A stretch of DNA of 64,000 nucleotides, taken from Lama glama (lineage: Eukaryota). Of this stretch, positions 13,298 through 26,522 are shown piece after piece. The translations under genes and the position numbers were made by a program. The notes under the pieces are model-generated. The model did not search any database. It was not told where the DNA came from and was given only the letters and a program-made list of their open reading frames with translations. The stretch covers positions 44,580,001 to 44,644,000 of the forward strand of contig CM052817.1 in assembly GCA_028534125.1 (NCBI GenBank). The letters are read 5' to 3'. Positions within the stretch are counted from its first letter, which is position 1. Every line of letters starts with the position of its first letter.

Positions 13298-13939
13298 ATC
13301 AGTGGCAGCAAGAAGAAAAATGACAGATCTCTAGATGTTTTGAATGTTTGATCATCCATTCCAAAAAAAAAAAAAAAAAGCCTTAGCTATCATATCTCTA
13401 GCACTTAGTAAATATGCCCTAGTTCTACTGTTCTAGGACGAGTTTCATGGGTGCCTAATGGTTCAATCTTAGGCCAGATATTCTTTTGCTTCCCAAGGAA
13501 AAGTCCACTTGAACCAGAAAAACATGGAATTTATTTTAACCTCATGAACTATTTGTTCTCCAAAGTTTTCTAAAGTTTCCCCTAGGTTTTTTGATTTATG
13601 ATATTAAGAAAGCTTTGACTTGCAACCAGCAGAACTGTAGTGTGACAGGGTAGCTATTCTCATTGCTGTGATCTTAGAGGGACTGACTATTTGTCTCTGT
13701 GAAAGAATCCTTAGGGGTGGCTGAGCTAGAAGGACACCAGGTAATAAAACTCACTTAGGCTGACCTCCTGTAGGAGATAACAATAGCATTCAATTAGGCT
13801 ACCATTGTGAACTACCAACATTTTCAAGCTGCATAACATTCCGAGGCCAGAAAGATACCTGAGCAAGAACCGGTAAAAGGATTTCTTCACTCAGGAGTTC
13901 TGAACAATGAGTTATTGACTTACATTCCGCCACAGCCAT

Positions 13940-14160
13940 ATCATGGTTAAGCTCTGGAAGCAGACTGCTCGGATTCAAATCCTGTCCCCAAGCTTAGAAG
14001 CTATGTGACCTTCAACCAGCTATTTGACCTCTCTGTGCCTGTCTCCCACTCTGTAAGATAAGGTTAATAATACCTTTCATAGGATGGTTTTGAGGATTAA
14101 GTTAATGCATGTAAAGTGTTTAGAAAAATGCCATTTAGTAAATACCCAGTAATTGTTAGT
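13940..14160 (+). mobile_element. MIR SINE
   Basis: Reads ggttaagctctggaagcagactgctcggattcaaatcc...ctctctgtgcct...gaggattaagttaatgcatgtaaagtg. Confidence 0.8.
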
Positions 14161-15426
14161 TTCTCTCAGTACCTTATACTCTCTTACAAAAATTAAGAAT
14201 ACTAATACCTCTTTTCTATACCTCACAGATTCTTTTAAAGGGTAAGATTAGAAAAATTTTGTAAAGCACTTTGAGACACATAACCTGGTACATTAAAGTA
14301 AACTATTAGACTGATTCTACGCCAACCGGGAGACAGCTTGATAATTTCAACGATCCCTAGACAGAAGCTTCTGATCAGAAGTCAGACATTAAAACTGCTA
14401 AAAGCTGGAAATACAACATTAGAAGCAACATCAGCATAAAGGCAAAAGAAGGAAAAACAGAAAGAGGGAAAAGAACATCGCTGGTCCGCCTACTCTCTGT
14501 TAGGGGCGTGACACGTATAATATCATCTAATTCTCACCAACACTAATGAGGTAGGTATTTTGCTGACAACAAAACTAAGACCCAGAAGATTAAATAAGCT
14601 GCCCAAGGTCACAAAGTAACAAATAGCAGAGCCAAAGTCCAGACCCAGATCTGTCCAAAGACAAAACCCATCAACATTCTCCCACCCAACTATAAAACAG
14701 GTAGCACCTTACCTCGTCAAAAAACGAAAGCCATTTCCTGTGCTCACGTAACTAAACAACAGAAAGGCCAATGTGATGACAGTGAACAAGGAACGCAGCA
14801 TACTGGTCGCTATGGCCCTCCCCTCCACTAGGGGGCAACAGGTTCTGGGGAAACTCACCGAGAGGAGACCCTCATACAGTGCCAGGGACTCCTCCCGAGT
14901 CAGCTCTCCATTGCCTGGCTGCACCTGTAGAGATGGCCAAATGAACAATGTTGCCAGAAAAAGAATAAATATGTGTTGCATGAATGAAGGAAAAGTACAG
15001 CAGACCCTTAATAATTAAGGATATTTTGTCCTTCACAAGCACTCAAATTCCATACGGTCTTTCTAACTGACTCCCCTAGCCAACCTCAGCTTTGAACTGC
15101 CTGCTACCAGACTCCCACCTGCTCTGATGCTTCCTTGTTGCAGTCATCTGGAAACCCTCAGGTCACTCCTCCTCATTCCCTGAAGAGTCTCACCCACTGG
15201 CTAACTGCCAGCCTCTCACCAACATTACCCCTGCCGGCACCAGCGTTACTCCTACTGGCAGGAGTAATGATAACCTCAGATGACCCTCCATCCTCCTTCA
15301 CTCCCTCCTCCATGCCCTCGTGCCTCCTCATTTCCAAAGTCAGACCCTAGCTGTGTCATTACCTACATGCACACCCTCCATAATCCCAATTTCAAGCATC
15401 CCGCTCTCTCACCACCACCTTGTATC

Positions 15427-16170
15427 TTTTTTTTTTTTTTTGGTAACAGTTTTATTGACATGTAATTCATATACCATAAAATTCAGCCTTTTAAAGTGAT
15501 CGATTCAATGGTTTTAGTGTATTCACAGAATTGTGCCACCATTACCACAATCAACTATAGAATATTTTAGTCATCTCCCCTCAAAAAACACCATACCTAT
15601 TAGCCTTCACCACCCTTCCCAGTTCACCCATTGCTCCCAGTCTAGGCAACCACCAATCTACTTGATGTCTCTATGTATTCATCTATTTTGAATATTTTAT
15701 AGCACACAACACCTGGTCTTTTGTGCCTAGTGTCTTTCCCTTAGTATGTTTTCAAGGTTTATTCAAATTGTAGCAAGATGAAATATCAGAACTTCATTTC
15801 TTTTTATTGCCAAATACTACTCTATTTTATTTATCTGTTCATCAGTTGATGGACATTTGGGTTATTTCCACCTTGGTGCTATTAGGAATAATGCTGCAAT
15901 AAACATTTGTGTGAGATTTTTTATGTGATGTATGCTTTCACTTCTCTTGGATCTATGCCTAGAAGTGGAATTGCTGGGTCATATGGTAACTCTGTGTTGA
16001 AAATTTTGAGAAATTGCCAGACTGTTTTCCAAAGTCACTGTACCCTTTTATAATCTCAGCAGCTGTTCAAATTTCTCTACATCCTCCTCAACACTTATTA
16101 TCTGTCTCTGTTATTACAGATATCCTGGTGGATATGAACTGATATCTCCTTGTGGTTTCAATTTGCATTT
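15427..16170 (-). mobile_element. L1MB-like 3' fragment
   Basis: A poly-T run precedes gtaacagttttattgac...atcagttgatggacatttgggttatttccac...agtggaattgctgggtcatatggtaactct. Confidence 0.88.
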
Positions 16171-16174
16171 CCCC

Positions 16175-17325
16175 CTCCTCTCTTTTCAGTTTATTTGTTC
16201 TAATACTCTGACTCCAACAAATTTTTATTCCATTTATTGATCCTCTGGCTCTTTCAGTGCTTCTTACACATTTCAAAGACGTGCTCACCTTCCTTTCTTA
16301 TCCATCTTCCATGTCCAGGGACTACCGTCATAATCAGTTATTTGCATAAACACTCAGCTCTTTTGCTCTTCACTTTATTCTGTATACTCAATCGGCAAAA
16401 ATCCCAGGATGGGATGAATCAAGCTCTCGTCCACCTACTCTGCACTCTTATCTGCACGGATGAAAGTAGCTGGTCTCAGTTTAAATCCATGACATTTAAC
16501 CTTAAGTCAGCCCTTAATGCTACTTGGCAATTCTAAATCCATCCATTTGGCAATCCCAAAGTCATTCTTTCTTCCACTTCCCTGGTCAATTTCATAGCTT
16601 TGTCAACTTCAGTCCTTCACTATTATCTTCACGCTGACTTTGCTTCTTGTGTCACCAAGAAAAGAAATGCAATCAGAAGGCAACTCCCTAAACTCAAACC
16701 ACCATATGGGCCTCTCTATTTATATATACTTTATTCGAGGTCCTGGGTTCAATGCCAAGTACTTCCTTTAAAAATAGATTAATTAAATACATGCATACAT
16801 ACATGCACTTTATCATCTTTTCTGTTATTAGGGACAGACAAGCTATAGTGACAGTCCCATTTATGCACAAGAGCCCATCCTTCACTACATTACTCCTATG
16901 CTCTCTCTATTCCAGGGATTTTCCCCTCTCAGGCTTTGTCACATTTTCCCACTCTTTTGGATTATTCTCATTACTGAAAACCATTCTATTATTATTCCCA
17001 TCTTAAAAAAAAAGCAAACCTTCTAATCCTACACCTTCCTTTTCTTTCTGTCTATACCCTGAATCTCAGGTTCCAGACTCATATATTTAATTGCCTGCTG
17101 TTGGATGTTTATCTAGCATCTTAAACTTTACAAGGCTAAAATTAAACTCCTGGTGTTCCCCTGAACTTGCTTTTTTATGGCAAATAGCATCACTATCTTC
17201 CAATTTCTCAGACCAAAAACCTTAAGATGTCTCTCATACATTACACACTGAATCTATCAGCAAAGCCTAAACTGCCACCCCAAGAATGCATTCACACTCT
17301 GACCACTTCTCACCACCTACACTGA
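16175..17325 (+). mobile_element. Highly degenerate L2 fragments
   Basis: Pyrimidine-rich, with L2-type motifs such as ttccagactcatatatttaattgcctgctgttggatg and ctctgaccacttctcaccacc. Confidence 0.55.
16736..16805 (+). mobile_element. 5'-truncated Vic-1-like SINE
   Basis: Reads cgaggtcctgggttcaatgccaagtacttcc followed by an AT-rich tail. Confidence 0.75.
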
Positions 17326-19307
17326 GAAAAGAAAAAGGATATTTAAACTTTGAGGTTCTTCTAAAGGCCGGGGTCTAGTTGCTCATTATTTGGTTTAATC
17401 TTCATAACCTATGGGATGAGAATGATTACATATACATTTTACAGATGAGATAACAGAGGCACCGAGGGACTAACCAATCTCTAGTAAACAGTGGAGCTTG
17501 ATGTCTAATAAAAAATCTAGCCTCCAAAGCCATCCTTGGCCCACTACATCACAGATTCCAGCTCCCTATTTAGTTGAGAGCAAGTTGGGAATGGATGCCC
17601 ATTACAAAATTTAAATATTTACAATAGTAGATAACTCAATATGGCTTATTTTTATAAATTCTTCACCTTGACTCTCCCTTAAGATGAAATTTCCGTGTGC
17701 TCAATTGCTTGTTAATTAGATTCCAGGGATTCCTGGCAATCTCTCAACTAATCATCTGGGATCACTTTTGCATGATAAAAATTCCATCAAGTGGCCCACT
17801 GCACACAGACGCTTGTCAGCAAATTCACTCCTTCCAGCTGCTGCTAAGGAGGCATAAACAGAAGTTCCCGCCAGTGAAGGAAATGCAAGAAAGGTAATTT
17901 GTTAATGGCTTTACTCAACAATGCCATTTCCAAAAGTCCACGCTGGGTGGCCCAAATAGTTAGAAGTCCATGCTCTGTAGACCTTTTAAGATGAATTGTA
18001 ACCCTGGGCTTTGGGCAGATGCCTGAGAGAGCCCAGGGTGTCCAGCTCCCCCTGTTACTATGCTGCTGTAACCCACCCCCACGTTCATGATCTTTCAATT
18101 ATCAGCTTGGTCTGTCTTCCTCCCCCGCTGGCCTGTTCTTCTCCCCTGACCTCTGACTTATGTATTTGCTTTTCCCTGTCTGGAATCCTTGCTCAAACTA
18201 ACATCAATCACTCAAAAATGGTGCAGTGAGGAGGGAGATGAATGTGGGGGAACAGTGACAATCCAGCGACGTATACGGAACTGTTTGCACCCTGCCTCCT
18301 GGCCAGCCTCTCCCTCCTTATTTCATAGTGATGGGTTATTCATTAAATGACCATGAGCCAGCAGGGAGAGGCTGGTTTCTGTTATAGGTTGGTTTTCTAC
18401 AAACATTCAATCAGCTTAATAAAATAGCCGACTTAAAGTGTCTTCTCCATTCTGGTTTCTACTTCCTACAGTTGAAGTGTAGGAATTACATGGTGGTCAG
18501 GATACTGTGGAGCAGTCCCCTAAGTCTTATTAATTGCCATCAGTATAACTAGAACTTCCAGTTGGAAATGTTCCCCAAGTGCTAATTAGTTTTCAGTTAA
18601 TCAACTTCATACAATTAATAATCTTGAGAGATCAATTAGCATTGTACCCATTTTACAAAGGAGGAATGTGAAATCACTTGCACGAAGTCCAATATTCACT
18701 GTGGGGAATTCAGACTCCATCTAACTCCAAAGTCCACTAGGCAATAACCATCCCCTACAATGGCTGGCAACACCCAATGGAAATATTAATTGCTTTCTGT
18801 ATGTACTGGTTTATATAGAGACAGAGAGAGACAGACAGACAGACAGAGAACCTGCTCTGTCCTGGGCTCAAAAGATACAAAAACATTTGATTTTCACTCC
18901 CTTGTAATCTAGTTGAAAACGAAAGCCTATAGAAAAGGAAGACAACTGGCATAGCAAGGTGGCATACCCAAGTGGCAAACATGAATTAGAAACAGGAAAT
19001 TCAGTGTGTGTGTTCAGACCAGAGAGAAACCACTGAGGCCAGGCAGGTCTAGGATGGTCCTTTGTGGGGAAGGGGTGTTGACCTGGACCTGGAAACCTCT
19101 TAGGCCATTTGCTGTTGGGTCTTAAATTATATAAAACTTGGGCCAGAGAGGAAATCTTCTCCATGGTTCCTAAGGAGGATACTAAAACAGGAACAATAGA
19201 GTATGCGTCATGTTGAGGGCCATGATCGTCCTCGCAGAAGCATGCTGATGGGCCATGGGCTCTGTGTGCTTTGCACGAACTATGAAACTGTCTTAGTGTC
19301 TAGACAG

Positions 19308-19374
19308 TACTTGTTGTTCATCTGAAATTCACACTTAACTCAATGTATTTTATTTGCTAAATCTGGCACCCCTA
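19308..19374. mobile_element. MER53 half-element
   Basis: Reads ttgttgttcatctgaaattcacacttaact...tattttatttgctaaatctggcacccta, matching a MER53 terminal arm. Confidence 0.7.
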
Positions 19375-20369
19375 GTCTCTCTACCTCATTCTAGGCTGCC
19401 TTCCTTGAATTTTTTTTTTTAATTGACTTTGAAAAGAAGAACCTTTGGAAAGGGGAAGGTGACAGTTCAACTTTGGAGGCCAGGACCTTGATTTGGTCGT
19501 TGCAGCCAGAGGTGAGTTCAAGGGGAAAAACCTCACAGGAATCAAACTCATACAAGACTGACACGCATATCCAAAGCAATCAGACCCGTGGTGTTCCAAA
19601 CCACCACGCCTTTGCCCGGTTCCCAGGATGCCCTTCTTCCCACTTCTCACTGTTTGCTTAGTAAACTCATCTGTTTATTTTTTATTCAGCTGATTCATTC
19701 AGTGAGTCAGTCCGTATCTGTTATGCAGCTGCTGTGTGCCAGAGGCTGTGTTGGGAGCTGATCACCTATACTTTCCCTGCTGTTCGAGCAACAAAATCAT
19801 GATAATTGCCAACATTTTCAGGATTTTCCATGAGCTAGGCACTGGATTAAGTGCTTTATATCTATTAAGTCATTTAATCTTCACATCACACTATGATGTG
19901 TTTATTATTATTATTCACCTTTGACCAATAAGGACATTGAGACATAATGAGGTTCAAAAAAAAAGAACTAACAAACAAAAAACCCCCATTTGTTTCCATT
20001 AACAGTTAATTAATGTTGGAGTCAGGATTTGAATCTGGTTTCCAGAGCCTGTATATTGTCTTAACATAATATTAAACTACCTTCTCTTTAAAATCTTCCC
20101 CTCTTGATTCTCCCCTCCTATAAGGTAGTCGTGTCTCCCTCCAGCCTCATGTACTGCTGTGAACTTCGTAAATATCATTAATAAATGTGTTTCACTGCCT
20201 CGCAGATTCTTTGCTGTCTGTCTCCTCAATCAGACTGTAAAGCTCCTCCAGGGCAGGGATGATGCCTTATTCATTTTTGTGTCCTCAGCACCCAGCACAG
20301 TTTGTGGCATAAAATAAATGTTCAATATATATTGCTGGATGGATTTCGTGCCAGTTGTGGTAAGGTAGA

Positions 20370-20810
20370 ATGGTTCAAGTATCAGTCCGAGTCAATCCAG
20401 GAAAACAGAAATCACTACAAGTGTTTAAAACTGAGGGAATGGAACAGAGAGAACTGGTCATGTAGACAGAGGATGAGCTCCCCAGGCACAGCGGGAAGCC
20501 ACTGCCCCTGCCCGCACCCCCAGGGGGTGGGAGGTCTGCCCAGTGCAGCCAAGGCAGGCAGGGTCCAGTGGAAAAAATAAAGCATTGTCATGGACACTGA
20601 GATGAAGGGACAGGAGAAAAACCCTGGCTCTGCCTTCTTCCCACCCTCCAATCATCCATCTCCCATTGGCCAAACCCTGCCAGCAGCCAGTTGACTGGGG
20701 AGACTGAGAAATGAAGCTTTCAGAGGTCAGCCTCTTTGGGGAGTGGCCAGGACTGACTTTAGGGGCACGAAGACCCAAGACAATGGGCAGAGAACCCATA
20801 AGAGGTTGAG
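20370..20810. mobile_element. Ancient ERVL/MaLR-like LTR fragment (subfamily uncertain)
   Basis: Reads tcagtccgagtcaatccaggaaaacagaaatcac...cccattggccaaaccctgccagcagccag...aggtcagcctc. Confidence 0.45.
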
Positions 20811-20844
20811 CTTCTCCTGTGACCACCGTGAAAAACTGCAGGCT

Positions 20845-21403
20845 GTACCTAAGTACGTAAAACAATACTAACAGACATAAAAGGAGAAATTGATGGGAAT
20901 ACAATTATAGTAGGAGACTTTAATACCCCACTAACATCAATGGACAGATCTTTCAGACAGCAAATCAATAAGGCAACAGAGATCCTAAATGACACAATAG
21001 AACAGTTAGACTTAATTGGTATTTTCAGGACATTACACCCCACAAAAGCCCAGAATATACCTTCTTTTCCAGTGCACATGGAACATTCTCTAGGATAGAT
21101 TACACACTCAACACAATATAAGCCTCAACAAATTTAAGAGGATAGAAATTATTTCAAGCATCTTTTCTGACCACAGTGGCATGAAACTAGAAATCAACCA
21201 GAGAAATGAAATGAGAAAAAAAAAAAGACTGCATGGAGACTAAACAACATACTACTAAAAAACCAATGGGTCAACGATGAAATCAAAGAGGAACTTCAAA
21301 AAATATCTTGAGACAAATGACAGTGAAAACAACCATACAAAATCTATGGGATGCAAAAAAAGCAATCCTGAGGGGGAATTTCACAGCAACACAGGCCTTC
21401 CTC
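20845..21403 (+). mobile_element. Internal L1 ORF2 fragment (end of the APE endonuclease domain), without 3' UTR or poly(A)
   Basis: Translates, with frameshifts, to ..LTDIKGEIDGNTIIVGDFNTPLTSMDRSFRQQINKATEILNDTIEQLDLIGIFRTLHP.., then ..FSDHSGMKLEIN.. and ..TIQNLWDAKKAILRG.., which are L1 EN motifs. Flanked by aaactgcaggct at 20833-20844 and 21410-21421. Confidence 0.92.
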
Positions 21404-24400
21404 CCCAGGAAACTGCAGGCTAACAATGCTGACCATCCCTGCAGTGCCAGGTAACAGTGACAAGTGCCCTTTGGTGTCCCACCACTGCCTAGGCTCTGTG
21501 AGGACACAACTCTTCCACCAACTTTCTATGTCTCCGGGTAAGTCTAAATTCAAATGGATTGGACTACATCTTTCTTTATGTTTCATTTGACAATGACAAT
21601 AATAAACATACACTGAGCATCTGCTTTGCATCAGATGTTGTGCTAAGTCCTAGGGAGATAGAGCCCCAAAAGTGAGACACCCTGTACAGCAACAAATTCT
21701 CAGTCAAGGAGAAACCGACAACTAAATAAACAATTTACCTGCCGTGCGGTAAGTGCTGTGACCAAAGTAAGCACATAGATTTGAACTTGAGAGCTCCAGT
21801 GAGGATCACGTCTTACCCCTAGTAGCTTGGAAATGCAAGAAATAGATTATTTTATAAGAATTTAATTTGTAAAAATCAGTGCACAGTGGATCAGAGTAGA
21901 GACAAGTAAGACAAATGGAGGAGATGGAATAACCCCTAAGGCTACCCAGCTCTGAAACCTGGGGTTCTGTGCTCTACGCACACTCCAGAAGGCCACCTTC
22001 TGGTGCACCTACTACTGCATAGCATGCACCGGTTCAGGTCATTCCATGCATAATCCCCTTTATTGGATCCCTAGGTCTCTGAATTTCCCTCCAAGGACAC
22101 TTAAACCTTATAAATAATAGTTTTACAGGTGGAGAGTGATGTAAGATGTCCTTACATCTATGACCGTGCCCAGGGTCATAGAGCTGAAGAGTTACAGAGC
22201 AGGCACTGGAAACGCAGTCTCCAGACCCCCGTCTCTGCCCTAAGACAGTAACTACCACAGACACAGGAGTGTGTTCTGTAGTTGCAAAAATAAAACTTGG
22301 CTAAAGTAAGACTCCCTTCACTTCTGCTTAATTGATAGCTTCCCAGATTGTGTGCAAACTTCTTAACAATTAAGTACATATATTTGGTTATTATTTCTTA
22401 CATCCAAACAGCCAATTGGGTTAAGAAGAGAGGATGAGGGTTTCATATGCATATCACTTTGCAGGGTGTGTTACTTTTAAACACCCTGCCCCAGTTGTCA
22501 GCTCATTCTTGGCTTTTCCACAGCAGTATTCTCTAAGCTGATGCCCAGAGACTCTTCACCTCTGTCTTCTGTCCACAGCCATCTATCTGCTGAGATATTG
22601 GGGCAGAAGGCCCCTTGGCGACAAATGGGAACAGCCTGGAAACAGGCTCTAGAGTGATGGGAACAATGGTTTCTGACTCCAGTGACACCCGCCATTGGGT
22701 TTCTCTGGGGAAGTCACTAAACCTCCCTTGGGTTTTTTGAGTGTTCTTTTCAAGTTAACGAGGCTTCTACCTTTTATAGACAGTCTTGCCACTTTACTGA
22801 CCCTAATAATACCCCAACAGTAAGCACAGAATAGTGAAGTAAATTATTATAAGTTGTCCATAAGCAAAACCAAACGAAACGATAGCTCATCAAAATCTGC
22901 TATGTGAGGAAAGATAAAGCCTAACCCTAATTCGTCCTATATATTGAAAATCAACCACAGAAGGCTCTCATATGTGAGGGAATTATTTTATTCCCAGTGG
23001 AACAGGAGGCTGAAGTGTGCATATTTTCCAGTTACTTATTGTAAAAGAAGGAAGCATTCCAGAGCAAGTTGGCAGAAGAGAGCAGGGGTTGGTTCCAATG
23101 GCCGTCAACACTGACCTTCCTGGAAAGGAATGACTACTTCCTGGAAAGGATGGCCTTGCTCCTGGCTTTCAGGATTCTTTTTTGTGCAATGGAGTGGGAG
23201 GGAATTGCCTTTTAGACATTTTTCAAATGCTGGCTAAATTGGATGGCTGGCGGACTGCACGCTGCTGTTTGGTAATCGCTTACTAAGTGCTCTACTGAAC
23301 GCTTCGAGGGGGTCTGCGTTTCATCCTGAAACCAGCTCCATGAGGATGATACAGTTATGACTGATAGATGTGGAAGCTCAGATTATGGTAATGTTTCTAA
23401 TCTTTTCCCCATCACAGCACCTCCTCCAGGGCTGGGAGGACCAGTCTTTCAGCACACGTGGACACCATTCATGGCACACTGGAGCTCGAGCTCGAGTTTG
23501 GACAGGCGTAAGTATCTTGCCTGGGGTAAGAAAGTGGCTGAGCTGAGTTTTAAATCCAAGGCTGTGACTACAAAAACCGTGCTCTTAGCCATTATTATTA
23601 TATGTCAGTGTACCATCAAATTATATATGTGGTGCTGTAAAGTTCTCACAAATATCTCCAAAGGATGAATTATATTTGGTTTTTATTTTAAGAGGGAAAG
23701 TAGCTGAGTCCCTCTATGATGCTGGTGTTGGACATTGGCCAAACCCTCGCTTTACTGGGTTATCCACTTAGTTGTATTTTCAGTACCCAGTGCTTTCAGG
23801 GTTATCATTTGACTACAGTTTTAATGGAAATTCTGTCATCTGATTGTGTAAAAAGGTCTTACTATACGGTCACTCTGAGTGGGAGGGTACTGGAGGTGGA
23901 AACTGCAAAGCCAAGCAAACAGCACACCTCCTACTACACTAGAAAGATGGGGATCAGTCTTTGAGGCTAATCCAATGTACCCCAGGGCAATCTGGGAAAG
24001 TGAGTACAATCCTTGGCAATTTTTCCTTTCTATACATCTGAGCCCACTGAGAAGCTGGTAGGAGCTAGCTATTCTTTCAAAGACTAGCTAGTCAGTATGG
24101 AGCCTCCCACATGTGACCATCCCGGATCCACAAGATACAGATGCAAAAGGTGAGCAGGCCTTCTCATCTGAGTGTTACTTGTTAATCTGGTCCTTGCTGC
24201 TCCGTGTTCAGTTTAGTAGAAGCTTGTACAGGTGTGAGAGTTAAAGATCTCAAGTGCTTCATCCCTCTACCTGGAGACAAAATCTTTCCCTGGATTTTCT
24301 TCCTCCAAGTTATATTTTTCATCCTGTGAGTGTTTACTGCTTACTCACCTAGAAGGTTAGATTCAAAGTCAACTGAGAAAAGAGGAAAAACAACTGAATA

Positions 24401-25005
24401 TATTAAAGATAACAGAACTATACACAAGTTTTAATCCTAAGGAACCCCCCACCATTTCAGTGGTATTTACTCTCAGTTGAGCACTGAAGGAACCAAGAGG
24501 TGTGTATCTATTTACAAGACTGTGGAGGATGGAGAGACAGGCTGTGGCTGTGAGCTGCCCATCACAGCATCTGGTCTAGGTCTTGTTCTGGGAGCCTAGA
24601 ACTTGTAGGTGCCTCTTCACGAAGCAGATTCCCCAACAGAAAAAGGGAAATGGACACAAAGTTGCGGCACAACACACTAAAAGAATTCAGTCAGATTTCA
24701 TTCAGTGTTTACCCAATACCTAGTCAATCTTCACCTTGGAAAACCAGCCTATTAATGACGCAGCAGAAACAGCTCCCTTTTACTCCTAGCCTTTCCATTT
24801 GCCTTGCAAGCACTGGCTTTTTCAGACAAGATCATTTTTTTTTCAATGTTAAAAATGAGAATCTCTGAAGAAAAAAGTGAGTATCAGGTCTCTATATCAC
24901 AGCATTCACCTTCAGAGAACTGGACCAAGAGCCCCAGCAAAGGCGAAATTGTGCCAAATGTGTTTCCAACAACAAAATCAGTAAGAAATAAACCTGAGGG
25001 AGTGT

Positions 25006-25107
25006 GGGGACGGGTGACTAGCTCAGTGGTAGAGCGTGTGCTTGGCGTGCATGAGGCCCTGGTTCAATTCCATTAAGGGGGGAAAAATGAAATAAAAAAT
25101 TTTAAAA
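25006..25107 (+). mobile_element. Vic-1-like SINE (diverged)
   Basis: Reads ggggacgggtgactagctcagtggtagagcgtgtgcttggcgtgcatgaggccctggttcaattcc plus an A-rich tail. An imperfect TSD is present (gaaataaacctgag / gaaataacttgag). Confidence 0.85.
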
Positions 25108-26349
25108 CGGAAATAACTTGAGTGTATCATTCTGTTCAATTTCTGAGGAAGTTCTTTTGCATTTCTAAAGCTGAGTAAAATGGTTCCAAATCACATGACT
25201 GCAGTCAAGGTCCAGATCTAGAGCAAAACTACTAAGCAGCAGGGTTTATGCCGTAACCAAGAGATTCTAAGAGTGAAAGTCATGTAAGCCTCCCTCCTCC
25301 CTCCAAACCAGACAGAGATGATTAAAAAAAATCTTTGCTGGGCTGGAAGGAAAATAAAGAAGAGAGCAAGAGAATGAGTTGTTGGTCAAGATGGAGAGAC
25401 CAACCCCAGGGGAAGGAGGGAGAGAAAAGAGATCGAGGATCTGGGAGCAGGAAGACTTGTGTCTCCGCTCCCCATCGGGAGTCCTGCAAGGAAACATTCT
25501 CCAAAGAGCCCTGTGCCAACACGCAGGGCTGCAGCAGAATAGCAAGGCCACAGGGCAGCAACCTCCCAACCTCCACATCTACGTTTCCTGGGGCAGCAGA
25601 GCAGCGCAGAAGAGCCACCGCCATCCTCCCGTGACTTCCCTCCTTCCCACCTCTGCCCCTGAGACAGGGCAGGAGTATGGCTGAGAGAAAGGCCACAGAC
25701 TGAGAACACCCTGACAGTGTACCACGGGGCAGAGGCCAACTACGGATATCAGCAGCGGCTGGAGTGAAGGCAGATGCCAAAAGCCAAAACTAGCTCAGAA
25801 GAGGCTCCTCACAAGGAAGACCTCTTAGCTGCCCGCCCTTAAATGTCAAGGTCATAAATAAGAACGCCAGGAACCAAGATCACTCTTAGGGAGAAAGTTT
25901 AAAAAAAAAAAAAAAAGAGCAAGAAGTGAAGGAAAATCTTAACTTCACTAAGAATTTACTGAAGGACTGAGTTTCCTGCATCGAGCCAGATCCTGACACT
26001 GCTCCTGCCCTGGTGTGCTGAGAGTCCTCGGAGAGCCTGCTGGTCTAGAGTCACCGGCGAGGGCCATCAGTAGTGACCAGATCAGAGACACGCCCTCGCG
26101 GGCTCCTAGATGGAGTGGTTGGCAGACATCCTTCCTCACACTCCTCAGGGAGACAGTACCTGCCATGGTGTATCATAGACCCTTTTCTCTTTCTTCTATG
26201 ACTGCTACAAAGTTCTGTGGAAGGAAAAGCTCCCAATGCAGACCATCCTGGCAAAGGGCAAATTCTCCAGCAGAAGATGGTGAGAAGATGAAGGGAGTAT
26301 GTGGGGGCAGGGAGGGAGGTTCATTTAAATACTAACCTGTGCTTTACTT

Positions 26350-26522
26350 TTTCTTTTTTTTTTATTTTGTTTTCTTTTTTTTTTTATTTTGTTTTCTTTT
26401 TTTTTTTTTTTAGGGGGGAGGTATTTTGGTTTGTTTGTTTATTTAATGGAGGTACTGGGGATTGAACCCAGGACCTCGTGTACACTAAGCAGGCACTCTA
26501 CCACTGAGCTATAACCTCCCCT
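26350..26522 (-). mobile_element. Vic-1-like SINE with TSD
   Basis: The reverse complement is ggggaggttatagctcagtggtagagtgcctgcttagtgtacacgaggtcctgggttcaatccccagtacctcc. The 13-bp TSD ctgtgcttt(a/t)ctt is at 26337-26349 and 26523-26535, and the T-rich tail is patterned. Confidence 0.93.

Noticed and set aside
25267..25780. Cluster of overlapping 100-150 aa ORFs
   Set aside because: GC-rich, stop-poor sequence open in several frames, with no homology or exon structure recognised.
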